NCBI GenBank assembly: GCA_010093605.1 | Contig: MU004193.1 | Location: 62,001 to 126,000, forward strand | Direction of reading: 5' to 3' | DNA: 64,000 nucleotides | Origin: Lophium mytilinum | Taxonomy: Eukaryota | Part shown: positions 23,829-35,100 of the stretch, piece after piece | Layout of the letters: each line of letters begins with the position of its first letter | Numbering within the stretch: position 1 is the first letter of the stretch | Notes under the pieces: generated by a model | Database searches by the model: none | Told to the model about the DNA's origin: nothing | Seen by the model: only the letters and a program-made list of their open reading frames with translations | Translations under genes and position numbers: made by a program

Positions 23829-24779
23829 ATGTCCCCCCACTTCTCCGTCGGAGCCTTCGTGCGAACTAGTGCGGAGCGCCAATTCATGGAGCTTGAGGTC
23901 GGTGAAGAAGCTGACAGCTGCTTCCCAGCCGAGACCTCCGTACGAACCAGCGAAGAGCGTCAATTCATGGAATTCGAAATCGACGAAGAAGCCCCCACCT
24001 TCTCCCCAGCCGAGAACTCCATGCTAACTAGCGAACAAGGCCAAATCAAGGAGCTCGATGTCGGCGAAGGAGCTTCTAGCTTCCCCCGAGCCGAGACCTC
24101 CATACTAACCAGCAAAGAACGCCAACTCATGGAACTCGAGATCGCCGACGAAGCGATTCGCCACTTCCCCGAACACGGGGATGAGATCAAAGCCCGCTAC
24201 CAATGCCTGCTCCAAATGATGGCCAAAAACGGCTACCCCAAACCCGTCGAACAGCAGGAGATTGCCAATGCGTTCTACTTCTGCCTAATGCAGCTGAAGC
24301 ACAAGCTCGATAACCAAGGTAAGGAAGAGTATACCGACGACGACGACGCCATCTACAGTTCAGAGGAAGATTATTCTTACTGGGCGGACGATGAGAGCGG
24401 GTCGGATACCCTCGTTGACGGCTCCGAAAGCGACGAGACCGATCCAGAGACACTATTTGGCGATTCCGATAGCGATGGGATGAAGAAACGCAGGGACGGT
24501 CAGCGTCCCACCCCCCGGCATCGTCCGCCTTGGGGTTACTACCCGCGCTACCCGCAAAAGCGCGATGGCCAGCAGCAGACGCAGGCGGTGCAGCCCAGGC
24601 CCTTGACTCCAAGCGAGGAGGCGCTTCGTGAGCGCGCAGTCATTGTGACTTACTGGGCGTGCCTTATCATAGCGGTGCTGCTTTTTTCAAAGCTTTTCGA
24701 GATAGTCTCCGGGGCTCGTGGGACCTTTAAGATGTCAGCGAGCATTATGTTCGTCTTGTTTCTCTTCGGTCCCCGTTAG
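23829..24779 (+). CDS. orphan family C, copy 2 (4x27-aa repeats, acidic tract, C-terminal TM segments)
   Basis: IKARYQCLLQMMAKNGYPKPVEQQEIANAFYFC; hydrophobic VIVTYWACLIIAVLLF and ASIMFVLFLF. Confidence 0.75.
   Translation: MSPHFSVGAFVRTSAERQFMELEVGEEADSCFPAETSVRTSEERQFMEFEIDEEAPTFSPAENSMLTSEQGQIKELDVGEGASSFPRAETSILTSKERQLMELEIADEAIRHFPEHGDEIKARYQCLLQMMAKNGYPKPVEQQEIANAFYFCLMQLKHKLDNQGKEEYTDDDDAIYSSEEDYSYWADDESGSDTLVDGSESDETDPETLFGDSDSDGMKKRRDGQRPTPRHRPPWGYYPRYPQKRDGQQQTQAVQPRPLTPSEEALRERAVIVTYWACLIIAVLLFSKLFEIVSGARGTFKMSASIMFVLFLFGPR
23859..24180 (+). repeat. coding tandem repeat, 4 x 81 bp
   Basis: VRTSAERQFMELEV.. / VRTSEERQFMEFEI.. / MLTSEQGQIKELDV.. / ILTSKERQLMELEI.. with a 27-aa period. 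Confidence 0.9.
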
Positions 24780-25783
24780 CATGGGAAGCTGGGCTCCTAT
24801 GTTTCATTGGGGTGATCCGAGCTAGTGTGGGAGAAGCGTAATTATGCGTGTTTAACATGTTCGTTTTGACTAGCGCACAGAATTTCTTAAGCTTGCCTGG
24901 TTCGGATTTGCCTTCTTGTCTGTCATGAGATCCCATAACTTTTCGACAGTTCCCTCGCTGGTGATTGTGACTTGAGCGCCCGTGCTGTGAAAATACTGTG
25001 TTTCCATAGATCTGCTCTCGGTGCACGTAGATATCCTGGTGGTAGCGTGGATCGCAACTCAGGCCCACCAAGCTTCATTTTCCAACACGGGCAGGAAATG
25101 TAAGGACCTGCATAGGGCTGGAAGGCATGCACACCTCGCCTCATATCTAGCGAGAAAGACATTGTTGAGTGTATCAAGGCTTCGCTGAAGTCGAAACTGA
25201 CATTGACGCGATTACCAATGCGACTAGCGCTGTAGTCACGTGGCGCAAGCCTACAAATACAAGTACTCCATATCAAACAATTGCGAATGCGGTCGCTGTT
25301 CGTCTACATCAAGGTGAAGTCTGAGCTCTCCGAGGCTAGAAGATGCATGCTGAAGAAGTCCACTGCGACGTCAAGAGGCAATGAAGAGGGACGAGGCCGT
25401 CGCCTCTGGCTCGGTGTTGTGCCATGACTTGAAGATCGATGAAAATGATTTATGAAATGTAAGATCATTAACACTGCAACATGATGCAAGCACGGAGAAA
25501 AGATGGTTCTTCTTACGACGTGGGGGGCTTGAAATGGGAATGGTGATATTTGATGGTATAGAACAAAAATAGTCCTTTGCGACAGCTTACCCACGGATAG
25601 TCCCTAAATCAACTCCTCGCTACCTAAACACTTTTACATGAATGATCAACCCGGACTAAAACGTCGGTCTAGTCACAGGCGATCGTGTGGTTCCGCATAA
25701 CATAAGGTCGCATTCCGTCTCTTCCTCAGACTATTGACTCCCGACCCGATAAAATCCCTGATGATGCAATATTCGTACTTGCT

Positions 25784-26693
25784 TTATGCCAGCTCTGTTC
25801 GTTCCACGTTGGGCATCTCATAGGCCTGTTGCGGCGGCGCCGGTTGCGGCGTATGTTGATACGCCGCCTTCGGATCTTGTAACGGATACACCCCGCCACC
25901 CTGGTGGGCCACGCCCGCAACGTTCCCGCCCTGCCCGCCGTACTGCCATTGCGCGAGCTGCTTTTTGTGCTTGCGATGTTGGAATAACAGTCCTGCTAAG
26001 CTTGCCACGAGCAAGATACCCAACGGGATGCCGACTCCCGCTCCGATTGCCGCGTCGTGCCCGCCTGAAGTTGACTTCACAGTCACAGTGGCTGCGGCCG
26101 GTGCGGACGTCGCAGAGGTTGGCGATGCGGTAGATTGGGTCCCGGACGCGGTGCTAGCGGATGCTACCTGCTCGAGAGGACCCCAGTTGGCGATTACTTT
26201 GCCTACGTTGAAGGTGGCGTCCTCGCCGTAGCATTCGTTGGCGGTGGCGTTGAAGCTCAGGCAGCAGAACTGGCTGTCTTGGCTAGGATTGAGGATGCCG
26301 ACGATGGGACAGGCTGAATTCGTGTATGCTGTAGTGAAGTGTGTTAGCAGTGTCGTCTCAGATGGCTGCAATGCTTGAGATTGTACTTTTGCGACATGGT
26401 CCAGGGCAAGATGAGGCTCCCCAGCTCTTATCTGTGCAAGAGTCGCGGTAAAGATATCCTGGGTTCGTCTGTCCTTGAGCAAAGCAGAGTCCATTGTCCA
26501 AGCAGACCTCGTTGATAGGATCGCAACAGTGGCTGTGGCCATCGGCGGTGTCGGTGTAGCAGGGCCTGTGGTTGGTCCGAGGGTCTCCATTCGGCACGTA
26601 GCAGCTGGTTGGCACCTTGATGGCCTCGACGGGGACCAGAGTCGCGAGCAGAAGAACGGCTCCCGCCATGGGTAGCGCAAATCGGGTAATCAT
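25784..26693 (-). CDS. Mid2/Wsc-like type I membrane protein (signal peptide, Cys-rich ectodomain, S/T stalk, one TM)
   Basis: Exons 26693-26387 and 26328-25784 join in frame across a GTACAA..CTAAC..CAG intron. Motifs CYVPNG..CC..CLDNGLC..YRDSCTDKSW..CP..C and TM AAIGAGVGIPLGILLVASLAGLLF followed by RKHKK. Confidence 0.85.
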
Positions 26694-27789
26694 GGTGTTT
26701 CTCAAGATTCCTACAGCCGCAGGAAGTCGTGTGAAGGATGAGAATTGAAAGCAGACGCTGAGACGGGATCCCACAGTCTTTGAGTCGCACATGAAACCCC
26801 ATCATACGCCCGTGGTAATTGTCATAGCGGGCAGTGCCAGCCCTGCGCCTGCAACCTTGAATCCTTCGCGTCTCATCGTGGCGGTAGCGTTGGTCTAAAA
26901 GTGGCTCAGCCGTAGAATTAAGGGTTGTGAGCCTATGATGTAGGCTGTTGGTGTTGTATTTGCGGGGGCAGCTAGAAGGCTATTTACGGCCCCCACACGA
27001 GCCGCAGCTTTGGAGTCGATCGACAGAGTTAGGCCTCCCAGCTCCGGCTCTTCACAGCCTCACCCGGGACGCCGGCGCTTAGAAATCCTTCCATCGTAAT
27101 TCCACACGACTAGTCTTTACTTCGCGGCCCCCAGAAATAATAGCAGTACTGGCCTATCTCTGGAGGGCGGGTTTTCAGCGGATTTGAGTAGCGAGAACAG
27201 CTGTAAACGTACCCGAATTGCATGAGCCTTGAAGCCTGTGCTATTTGCCCGAAACGCCAAGAAGATCAACATCTCACTTTCGATAGCCCGTCTATTTTAC
27301 CTTTTTCAGGCCCCTGCTTCTCGTGCGTATTGCCTTTGTAGGATGCTGCTTACCCTTGTAGAGAAAATGTCTTGCGGACGCTTATTAGTCCGTGGGGCCA
27401 ATACTCGGCCTGATCGCTACACGACCTTCGTACAAAAGTAGTAACTGGGATCGTATGATATATGAAGAGAGGCATCGGGTGTAACGAATGGCCTATTACA
27501 AGAGCTATAACGACAGCTACTCAACGCAATCATATCCTTGGACGGCCCCGCCGGTTCTTCATTGTAGTCTCAAGGAGATAGCGGATTCACGAATCTCGTC
27601 GCATTCTTAGCCCTCCTGTAATAGAAGATTACTCATCTCGCCATGAATTGTCCCAACGGGTACATGTTTCCTCGTTGCCTACAATATTGAGCTCTCTAGC
27701 CCCTTGTTGACGATCCGGAGAAGGGCAGCTATGCGGGAAAGGACGAAAAGAAGCGCAGCTGAAGCTTTCGAGTCTGCTTGACTTATACT

Positions 27790-30147
27790 TCACGCCATCG
27801 GAACCCTCTTCCTCACCGGCTCAGCATCCCAAAAAGCCTCAATAAGACAAAACCCCACCCCCACTCTATACGCAACTCCATCCCTCCACTCCAAAGCCAG
27901 CACATCGTACGCTTGCCATTTGAGCTCAAACGAATAGTCGTTGAAATACGACGCCGCACCCCTCTCATCGTTTATCTTCCGCAGCTTCTCTCTTTCCGCG
28001 TATCCTTCTCTTAAACCTAGTACATCAGCATCATCTTCCGGCGGGTCCTCCCAAGCTTCATTATTAACGCCATACGCCGTTCTAGATATCGCGGCGAACT
28101 CAATACATCTAGGTTCTACATCAGAGCTGCCATCGCCGTGAAAATACGCGGTGCCGCAGAAGCGGCCGTAGCGATCGAAGAGCGTTCGCGAGCTTACGCT
28201 GGGATCTGGGACGCGGTCTGTTTCTGTTTTCCTGATTAATAGGACGCCTTGTCCAGGTTCAGTTGATATGCGCGCTGTGTATGCCTTAAAAGTCAAGATG
28301 GGGGAGTTCTCCTTCAGAGACCTCCGATGTTGCATTGCAGCAGGGACCGGTTTTGATACTGGATGCGTGAATAGGATATTCGGTTTGCCGGGTCTAAAGT
28401 AACCGGGCGGAGCGTCAATGTCCAAGGGTTTGCGCTGCCATGCCACGCCGTCGCTAGTCTCCAAGCCTCTTTCTGTTCCGCGCCACTCGCTCGTGGTGAA
28501 CTCTGTTTCGTCTTCGGCGTCGACGAAGGCAATCCGGCTGAAATGGGTTGATTCGAAGACCGGCATGACAATGGGGCCTCGCCAACCTGCCCAACTCCAA
28601 CTGGGGAACAGCTCATCCCCCGTAGCATCGTCGAGTCTGCGTTCTAAGTGCTGAATAGGACGCCATGGAAGCGCAACATCAAGTTCCGAAGATGGCATAC
28701 CATAAAGGAAATCCCGACAAAAGTCCGCGCGCATGACGTTGAGGACTCCTTCGAAGGCTCTCAGCGTATCCGTTTGGTAAGTAAGCGTCTTACCGGAGTA
28801 GAGGTGGACCGCAAGAGCGAAATGCATTAATAGTGATATACCCCCTGAAGCTCTGACAAGTGATCCTCCCGTAGGAAACCCTCGCCCATCCGGCAAGCCG
28901 TCGTCCACAGCGTGATGAAAAGGCTGGTGGATGTCTTCTGTGGTGACTCCGTCTTCGCTCTCGTATTGAATACCATCGCGGGCGAAGAAGATCAATCGTC
29001 TTGATAGGGCGTGCTCCTGGTATGTCCATCCACGCGTAGGCCAGTCCTTTGGACCGGAATTGGGAAGTATTATTTGGCGGTTAGCTAGCGTTACACCGTG
29101 GACATTGACTACGTGTTGCTTCCATCGGCCACTAGTTAGGCGCACTCCTGGGAGACCAGCGTGGCAGCTAGAGCCATACATAGCCACTATTGTGACCATA
29201 GCGGATGTGTATATCTGATCCATGGCATTGATTTGGACCAACTTCATAAAATCGTCGTCTTGAACAATACAAAGACTGTCCACCCAAAGGTAACGTTCAC
29301 CGATGCGGGACACAAAGAGCATCGCATCTGCTATTGTCAGAGGAATTTCGGCGTCAGTCGAAGCTAGACTTCCTGGGCATCTGAGGCGACTATCATTTGC
29401 TTTGGTGTTCTGGAAATGCTGAGGCCCACCCCAAACATAGCTCAGGGCCAGATACCTGCAGCTCTGAGATCCTTCGATCAGGACAATGCATTGATCACGT
29501 ACGTCAATAAGCCGGAACCCGTCCGGGGTGTTTCCTGAAGTGCCTGGATCTGAAAGAGTAGGTGTGAATTGAGTTACCCACTCTCGTGCGTTTTCGAAGT
29601 TGATCTGCTCATGGACCCGAGCACCCTCATATGGCGTGCGATCCTCGCGGAGCCTATGTATGAAGATGTGATCAAATACATGGAAGGATTGCGGAATGAT
29701 TCTAAGCGAGATGACTAAGTCATAGACCTCTTCTTCAGCACGTGTGTTTCTGCTGGTGCCTAGCGAGCAGAAAACCAGTGGGAAGGGACAGGCATCGATG
29801 TTGATAGACTGCAGAAGGTTGGGAATAGTTTCGTACTTGGCAGCGACTGCCGAGATGACAAGATGGCAGAATTTGCACGTGTTTGACTTGGAAAAGATAT
29901 CGCTCAGTAGTCCGAGAGGGACTGCAGGCATTTCAGGGATGGCATAATCCGTCCATTGACCTTGCCAATACAGCTTTACATGATGAGGCTGATCGTCTTC
30001 GAGAACTCCTGAGACGTGCCGATCCCAATGTTCGCGGTCGAGATCGTGGTGAAGAAGCCATTCGAAGTGAATTTCGCGACAGATCGAGCAAAGGTTTAGG
30101 TCGTCTTCGGTGGAAGATGGAGCACGATACCATGGCTTATCAGGCAT
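27790..30147 (-). CDS. HET-domain protein (heterokaryon incompatibility, TOL-like)
   Basis: HET motifs RLIDV, YLALSYVWGG, PLTIADAM, YLWVDSLCIVQDD, QINAMDQIY, TRGWTYQE, FPSWSWAGW. Confidence 0.93.
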   Translation of the reverse strand: MPDKPWYRAPSSTEDDLNLCSICREIHFEWLLHHDLDREHWDRHVSGVLEDDQPHHVKLYWQGQWTDYAIPEMPAVPLGLLSDIFSKSNTCKFCHLVISAVAAKYETIPNLLQSINIDACPFPLVFCSLGTSRNTRAEEEVYDLVISLRIIPQSFHVFDHIFIHRLREDRTPYEGARVHEQINFENAREWVTQFTPTLSDPGTSGNTPDGFRLIDVRDQCIVLIEGSQSCRYLALSYVWGGPQHFQNTKANDSRLRCPGSLASTDAEIPLTIADAMLFVSRIGERYLWVDSLCIVQDDDFMKLVQINAMDQIYTSAMVTIVAMYGSSCHAGLPGVRLTSGRWKQHVVNVHGVTLANRQIILPNSGPKDWPTRGWTYQEHALSRRLIFFARDGIQYESEDGVTTEDIHQPFHHAVDDGLPDGRGFPTGGSLVRASGGISLLMHFALAVHLYSGKTLTYQTDTLRAFEGVLNVMRADFCRDFLYGMPSSELDVALPWRPIQHLERRLDDATGDELFPSWSWAGWRGPIVMPVFESTHFSRIAFVDAEDETEFTTSEWRGTERGLETSDGVAWQRKPLDIDAPPGYFRPGKPNILFTHPVSKPVPAAMQHRRSLKENSPILTFKAYTARISTEPGQGVLLIRKTETDRVPDPSVSSRTLFDRYGRFCGTAYFHGDGSSDVEPRCIEFAAISRTAYGVNNEAWEDPPEDDADVLGLREGYAEREKLRKINDERGAASYFNDYSFELKWQAYDVLALEWRDGVAYRVGVGFCLIEAFWDAEPVRKRVPMA

Positions 30148-31030
30148 GTCTCAAGGAAAGCAGAGCCACGAAACGCGATGCTACAGTGACAGGCCACAAG
30201 TCTGGGCACACTGGCACTCCACTGCTTAGGGTGCCCCACGGTATTCTGAAGATCCAAAAGGTGATGTCAAGGTTCAAGCAGTGTAAATTGGACTGCTTCT
30301 TAATTAATTGGTTGCTCAGCAGCCGGGCTGCCCCCGACAGTGGTATCGAGTGAGCAATTTGGATCCTAGCTGTAAAGAGTCAATGTGCCCAGACTTGAGG
30401 CCTAGTATTGTAGCGACTAGTGTCTGTAGGGTCATGGGGAGCATGTTAGGAGTGATTGTGGGAAAGGTGCTGGCGAGGTTGGAGGTCCGAGTGCGAGAGG
30501 GTAGTGAGGAGCAAAGGGCAGCTTATGCTCGTGTTTTAAGTACCCTGGCATTTTTTTCCACCGCGCGTCTCAATTCGCCGGGCGTTCGAACGATTGCGCG
30601 TGGCAGTGCAAGACCCTTCGCTAGGTAGAATATCCTTCGCATTAATTACAACTACTATAGGCAAAAACACAACAGAATCTTTCATTTCAAAGATGGTGTA
30701 GAATTAAAGGGAATAAGTTAAGCGTGGTCTATATATTGTCTTGCATGTTCGTCGTTGATGGTATAACCTCAGGATGGCTATCTGGCCAGGCTAGACAAAC
30801 GGTCGGGAAGGATCGACCTTGGGGAGATCCACACTAGCTGCAATCAAGTCCAGGAGATGCTACCAAACGTCCAGGCTTGGCCTGGTTATCATTCCAGGCC
30901 TTCAGCAGGTAAGTATAGACGAAAAAGTGCAGATTCCCAAATGGAAAGCAATTAGTTTTTATGTGAGAGCTACATCCTGCCCATGTCCTCGCCGATCTGA
31001 AAATGAACTATGGCCCTAGGATATCCGTCA

Positions 31031-31844
31031 CTAGCCAGGCTGTGCTTGTTTCGTGAAGGAGAATCTTTCCTTAGACAACGGTGCATACCGAAGGTACGGC
31101 TTCACTGCATGATGATCGGGGAATAAAGTCTTGGCCTCCTCGTTGCTAACGCTCGGATGAATGATGACATGGTCGCCCACGTTCCAGTTGACGGGCGTTG
31201 CGACACGGTGCTTATCGCTAGCCTGAAGAGAGTCAACCACACGGAGAAGCTCTGTAGTGCTACGCCCCGTCGAGGCTGGATAGGATTGGATGAGGCGAAT
31301 GGTCTTTTTGGGATCGATGATGAAGACGGAGCGAATCGTGAGTGCCATGCCCCTCGAGTCCACGTTGCGCATGTCCTGGTAGTCAAGCCTATTCCCAGGT
31401 CAGCCCGAGTTTTTGAAATTCATTAGAGGCAGGTTGTTCACATGTCATAATCAAAAGCGATCTTTCGGTCTTTGTCACCAATAATAGGAAACGTCAATGC
31501 ACATCCAGCAATTTCGTCAATATCATTGATCCATCCGCCATGAGTCTCGACCGTGTTCGCAGAGAGGCCGATCAGTTTGACACCACGCTTGGTGAACTCT
31601 GGCGCGTGCTTCGCCAGAGCGGCAAGTTCAGTCGTGCACACTGGTGTGTAGTCTTCAGGATGAGAAAAAAGGATTGCCCATGCATCGCCGATCCATTCGT
31701 GGAAATCGATGGGGCCGATTGTCGTCTCAGCCTGGAAGTTTGGGGCAGCGGAGCCCAATCGAAGGCTAAATGGCAAAGGTCAGCATGTACTGTACCGAGC
31801 CTTAATAACTGCACCTACGTGGTCGATTTAGGCTCAGCGGCCAT
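31031..31844 (-). CDS. PRX1: 1-Cys peroxiredoxin (Prx6 class)
   Basis: LFSHPEDYTPVCTTEL active site, plus YPASTGR and ATPVNW. Exons 31844-31819, 31765-31442 and 31388-31031 join in frame. No mitochondrial presequence. Confidence 0.93.
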
Positions 31845-32112
31845 TGTGAAGTATTTACAAGTGTCTGTTGTTTGATGAATACCTAGAGAAATGAGCCAAG
31901 ACAGGTTGCCACAGTTGATACTTCCAAGTTTATTTGCCGTCGCGATGACGCAATGTCGGAGTTTCGGAGCAACGACTTCCGCATCTTACCGCGAACTTCG
32001 TGCCACAGACGTGGCTAAAGACATATCAATTTCTGTGTGAAGCACACCTCTATCAATAGTCATGTCGTAGATAACGATACAGTAGCGGCGAGGACCTCTG
32101 GGCTGACTCGCA

Positions 32113-35100
32113 ATGTACGGAACCGCCGGCGCAAGCGACCCACTGGAACCTCCGCGCTACTTGCTGGAGAGACTACGACAGATTCAGGGATATACATGGG
32201 ACGAATCTAGGCGACCGTTCCATTCTAGCTACGATATCTGGTGAGTGCCAAGGGAATTGAATCGATGGAATGCGCAATGCTCACATAACTCAATAGGCAC
32301 ATTTACGGGACGAAGGACAATGGAAAACGCCCACAGTCGTCCGTCCCAAGTTCCGAAATACGAAAAGATGGAAAGGATCATGAAACTATCGCAACGGCTG
32401 GCCTGGGGATCGTTGCACGAGTATCCATTCATGCACTTCGGGATGAACGCATCTACAACGTTTGCAAGGCTTTGGTGTCTACCGTTGATCCGGATGGACG
32501 CCATATTGCCCTTCCTGTGGCAACGATGAAACTGGAGCCACGACCGGAGGACAAGGGTCCAATCGCTGTGTGCATTTTCGAGGACGTGGGACCGAATTAC
32601 ATGCCACAAGTCGTGGATTATGGCCCGGCATGGTATCAACTCGAGATACGCCGAGACGACCTTTATCGAATTCAGAACGACAAATTCGTGCCGCAATCGA
32701 TGACGTTGCAGACCTTTCTTGACTTTGCCATAGGAGCAGCTGAATGCCTCGAGATGCTTCACGGTCAGCAGATTGTGCATGGAGAAATCAGAGGCGATGC
32801 ATTCCACATGAACAAAGACACAGGGAGAGTCAAATTGATCAACCTCGGTGCTGGCCTTCGAACGTTCGAGCATAGTCTGACTAGCATTGGCTGGTCAACA
32901 ATGCTAGAAGAACTCGGTGCCAAGTCGAAATTGTCCTTCATGAGTCCTGAACAGACTGGACGTATGTCTATCGAACCCGACAGCCGCACCGATATTTTTT
33001 CACTGGGTGTGCTATTTTGGACGATTCTCATGAGCAAGCCAGCCTTCGAAGGAGAGACACCCATGGACATTCTTCAGGCCGTTCTGGGACAACGACTTCG
33101 GTTGGTATCCAGTACGCGACTCGACATTCCAGAGGTTATTGGCCGGATCATTCAAAAGGCGACAGCAAAAACAATATTCCAACGTTACCACTCGGCGAGC
33201 GGCTTGCGATATGATCTGGTCGAAGTTCGACGGTTGTTGAGCATTGGGGATTCTGCACGGCTTCAAAACTGGGAGATCGCCACTAAAGATGTTTCCCCGT
33301 ACTTTATTCTGCCGAAACTCATTGTTGGCAGGGCTGCAGAGCACGATGCAATTGTCGAGGTCATTGACAACGCCTTCAATCAGCATCGTTTCAGACAAAG
33401 ACCAGAAAGACCTAGCTTAAAACAGTTGTCGCGATTGTCCGAGGGGAGATCTGCAAGTTTTAACACTGAAGACCAGTCCCTCGACGATGATATTGCGAGT
33501 TCTTCAGATGGGTGGAAAGCTTTGCAAACCTTGCCCGAGGAAGCCGCCGGGGATCACACGATCTACAAAGCAAATTCGGGCAAACCGCGGTCCGGCTCAA
33601 ATTCTCTACGCAACTCGGTTGATAGTTCCGGAACTGGCTTCCAAGACTCAGATCCAAGACTTCCAGAGAAACGGCTCCCGACAACACCCGACTCTGGAGT
33701 TGCTGACGGCAGACACAGTGCGGTTTCAGGGCCAAGGTCAAGCTCTGGGAGCGCCGAAAGTGTCATTATGCATCGAAACTATGGAAATTTCCGGTCGAAA
33801 GGCCAATGTGAAGTCATCACGATAGCTGGAATCGCTGGTCTCGGGAAAACACGTCTTATTCAATCATTACAGGTGGAAGCGCGGCAAAGAGGCTATTTTG
33901 CAAGTTCGAAATTTCATCAAACAGAGGAGACACCCTTGGCTCCCATCCTTAAGCTGTTGTCAAGCTTGTTCCAACAATTTTTCTCTGAAAGCGAGATGGA
34001 TCTTGGGTTCCACGAGGCTCTCAAACGACACGTTGCCCCTGTGTGGCACATTTTACACAAGGTCCTAAGCCTTCCGGAGTCTTTGATTTCTTCGAAGGTA
34101 CCACTCCGGGTGAGGAGCCAGTCGCAAAGATTATCGAAGGGCTACAATGCTACCGCAGGTCTTGAAATCGGGAGACGTGGCTCACCACTAGCGAGTACGC
34201 GGAGCAATCTCAATAGTAAGACCATGGGCGCTCAAAGTTCTCAGGACTTTCTCCGCGTGGGCTCGTCCACGAAATCTCTGCCATCAATCAACATCTTTCT
34301 TGATATCTTACGTTTGTTTGCTAGCCACAAATGCATTTGTATCTGTTTAGACGATCTCCATTTTGCGGACGAGGAATCACTGCACCTGGTTACTCAAATC
34401 GTTGCTACGGAAATAAAAATTGTGCTCATCTTGTCTTACCGGGCAGAAGGATCTTCAGATGATGCGTTGAAAGGTGTATTGGATACTCTTACAAACGAAG
34501 GTAAGATGTCCACCTAGGCGTAGGAGTGGTGCATCTGATGGGCTGTGCTAACAGATTGCAGGACACAACAAGTCAAGCAAGGTCCGTGTCACTCCGATTA
34601 TACTCAAGCCGCTTACCGAAGACGACATTTTGGAATACGTAGCAATCGCCTTGCGTCGACCCAAAGCCGACATTTCTGCACTGGCGCTCGTCATTCAATC
34701 CGTGACTGCCGGGAATCCATTTTACATCAAGGAAATGCTCGCTGCTTGCTACCGCAAGAAGTGCATATGGTTTGACTACGGAAAAAATGGGTGGGTGTTT
34801 GATCTCGATCGTGTCTCGAAATACTTCAAAAGGGAAAATCACAACGACACCATCGGGAACGATCTCGTTTCGAACCGTCTTGAGGAACTTCCAGCAGCTT
34901 CAAGATCGATTCTAGCCTGCGCCTCGATGCTAGGCTCGTCATTCTCCTTTCAGATGATAGTACGGCTTCTCTCTGGCGAGTTCACCGCTCGTGAACCGGG
35001 TCACGAACCAGGCGACACTCCAACATCCCACGTAGAAGGTGACTGCTTGACAGGTCTTCAGGCCGCCATTCAGGCAGGTATAATTCTACCCTCAGACGAC

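Noticed and set aside
23859..24180. Regularly spaced repeats as a CRISPR-like array
   Set aside because: Eukaryotic, in-frame coding tandem repeat with no unique spacers.
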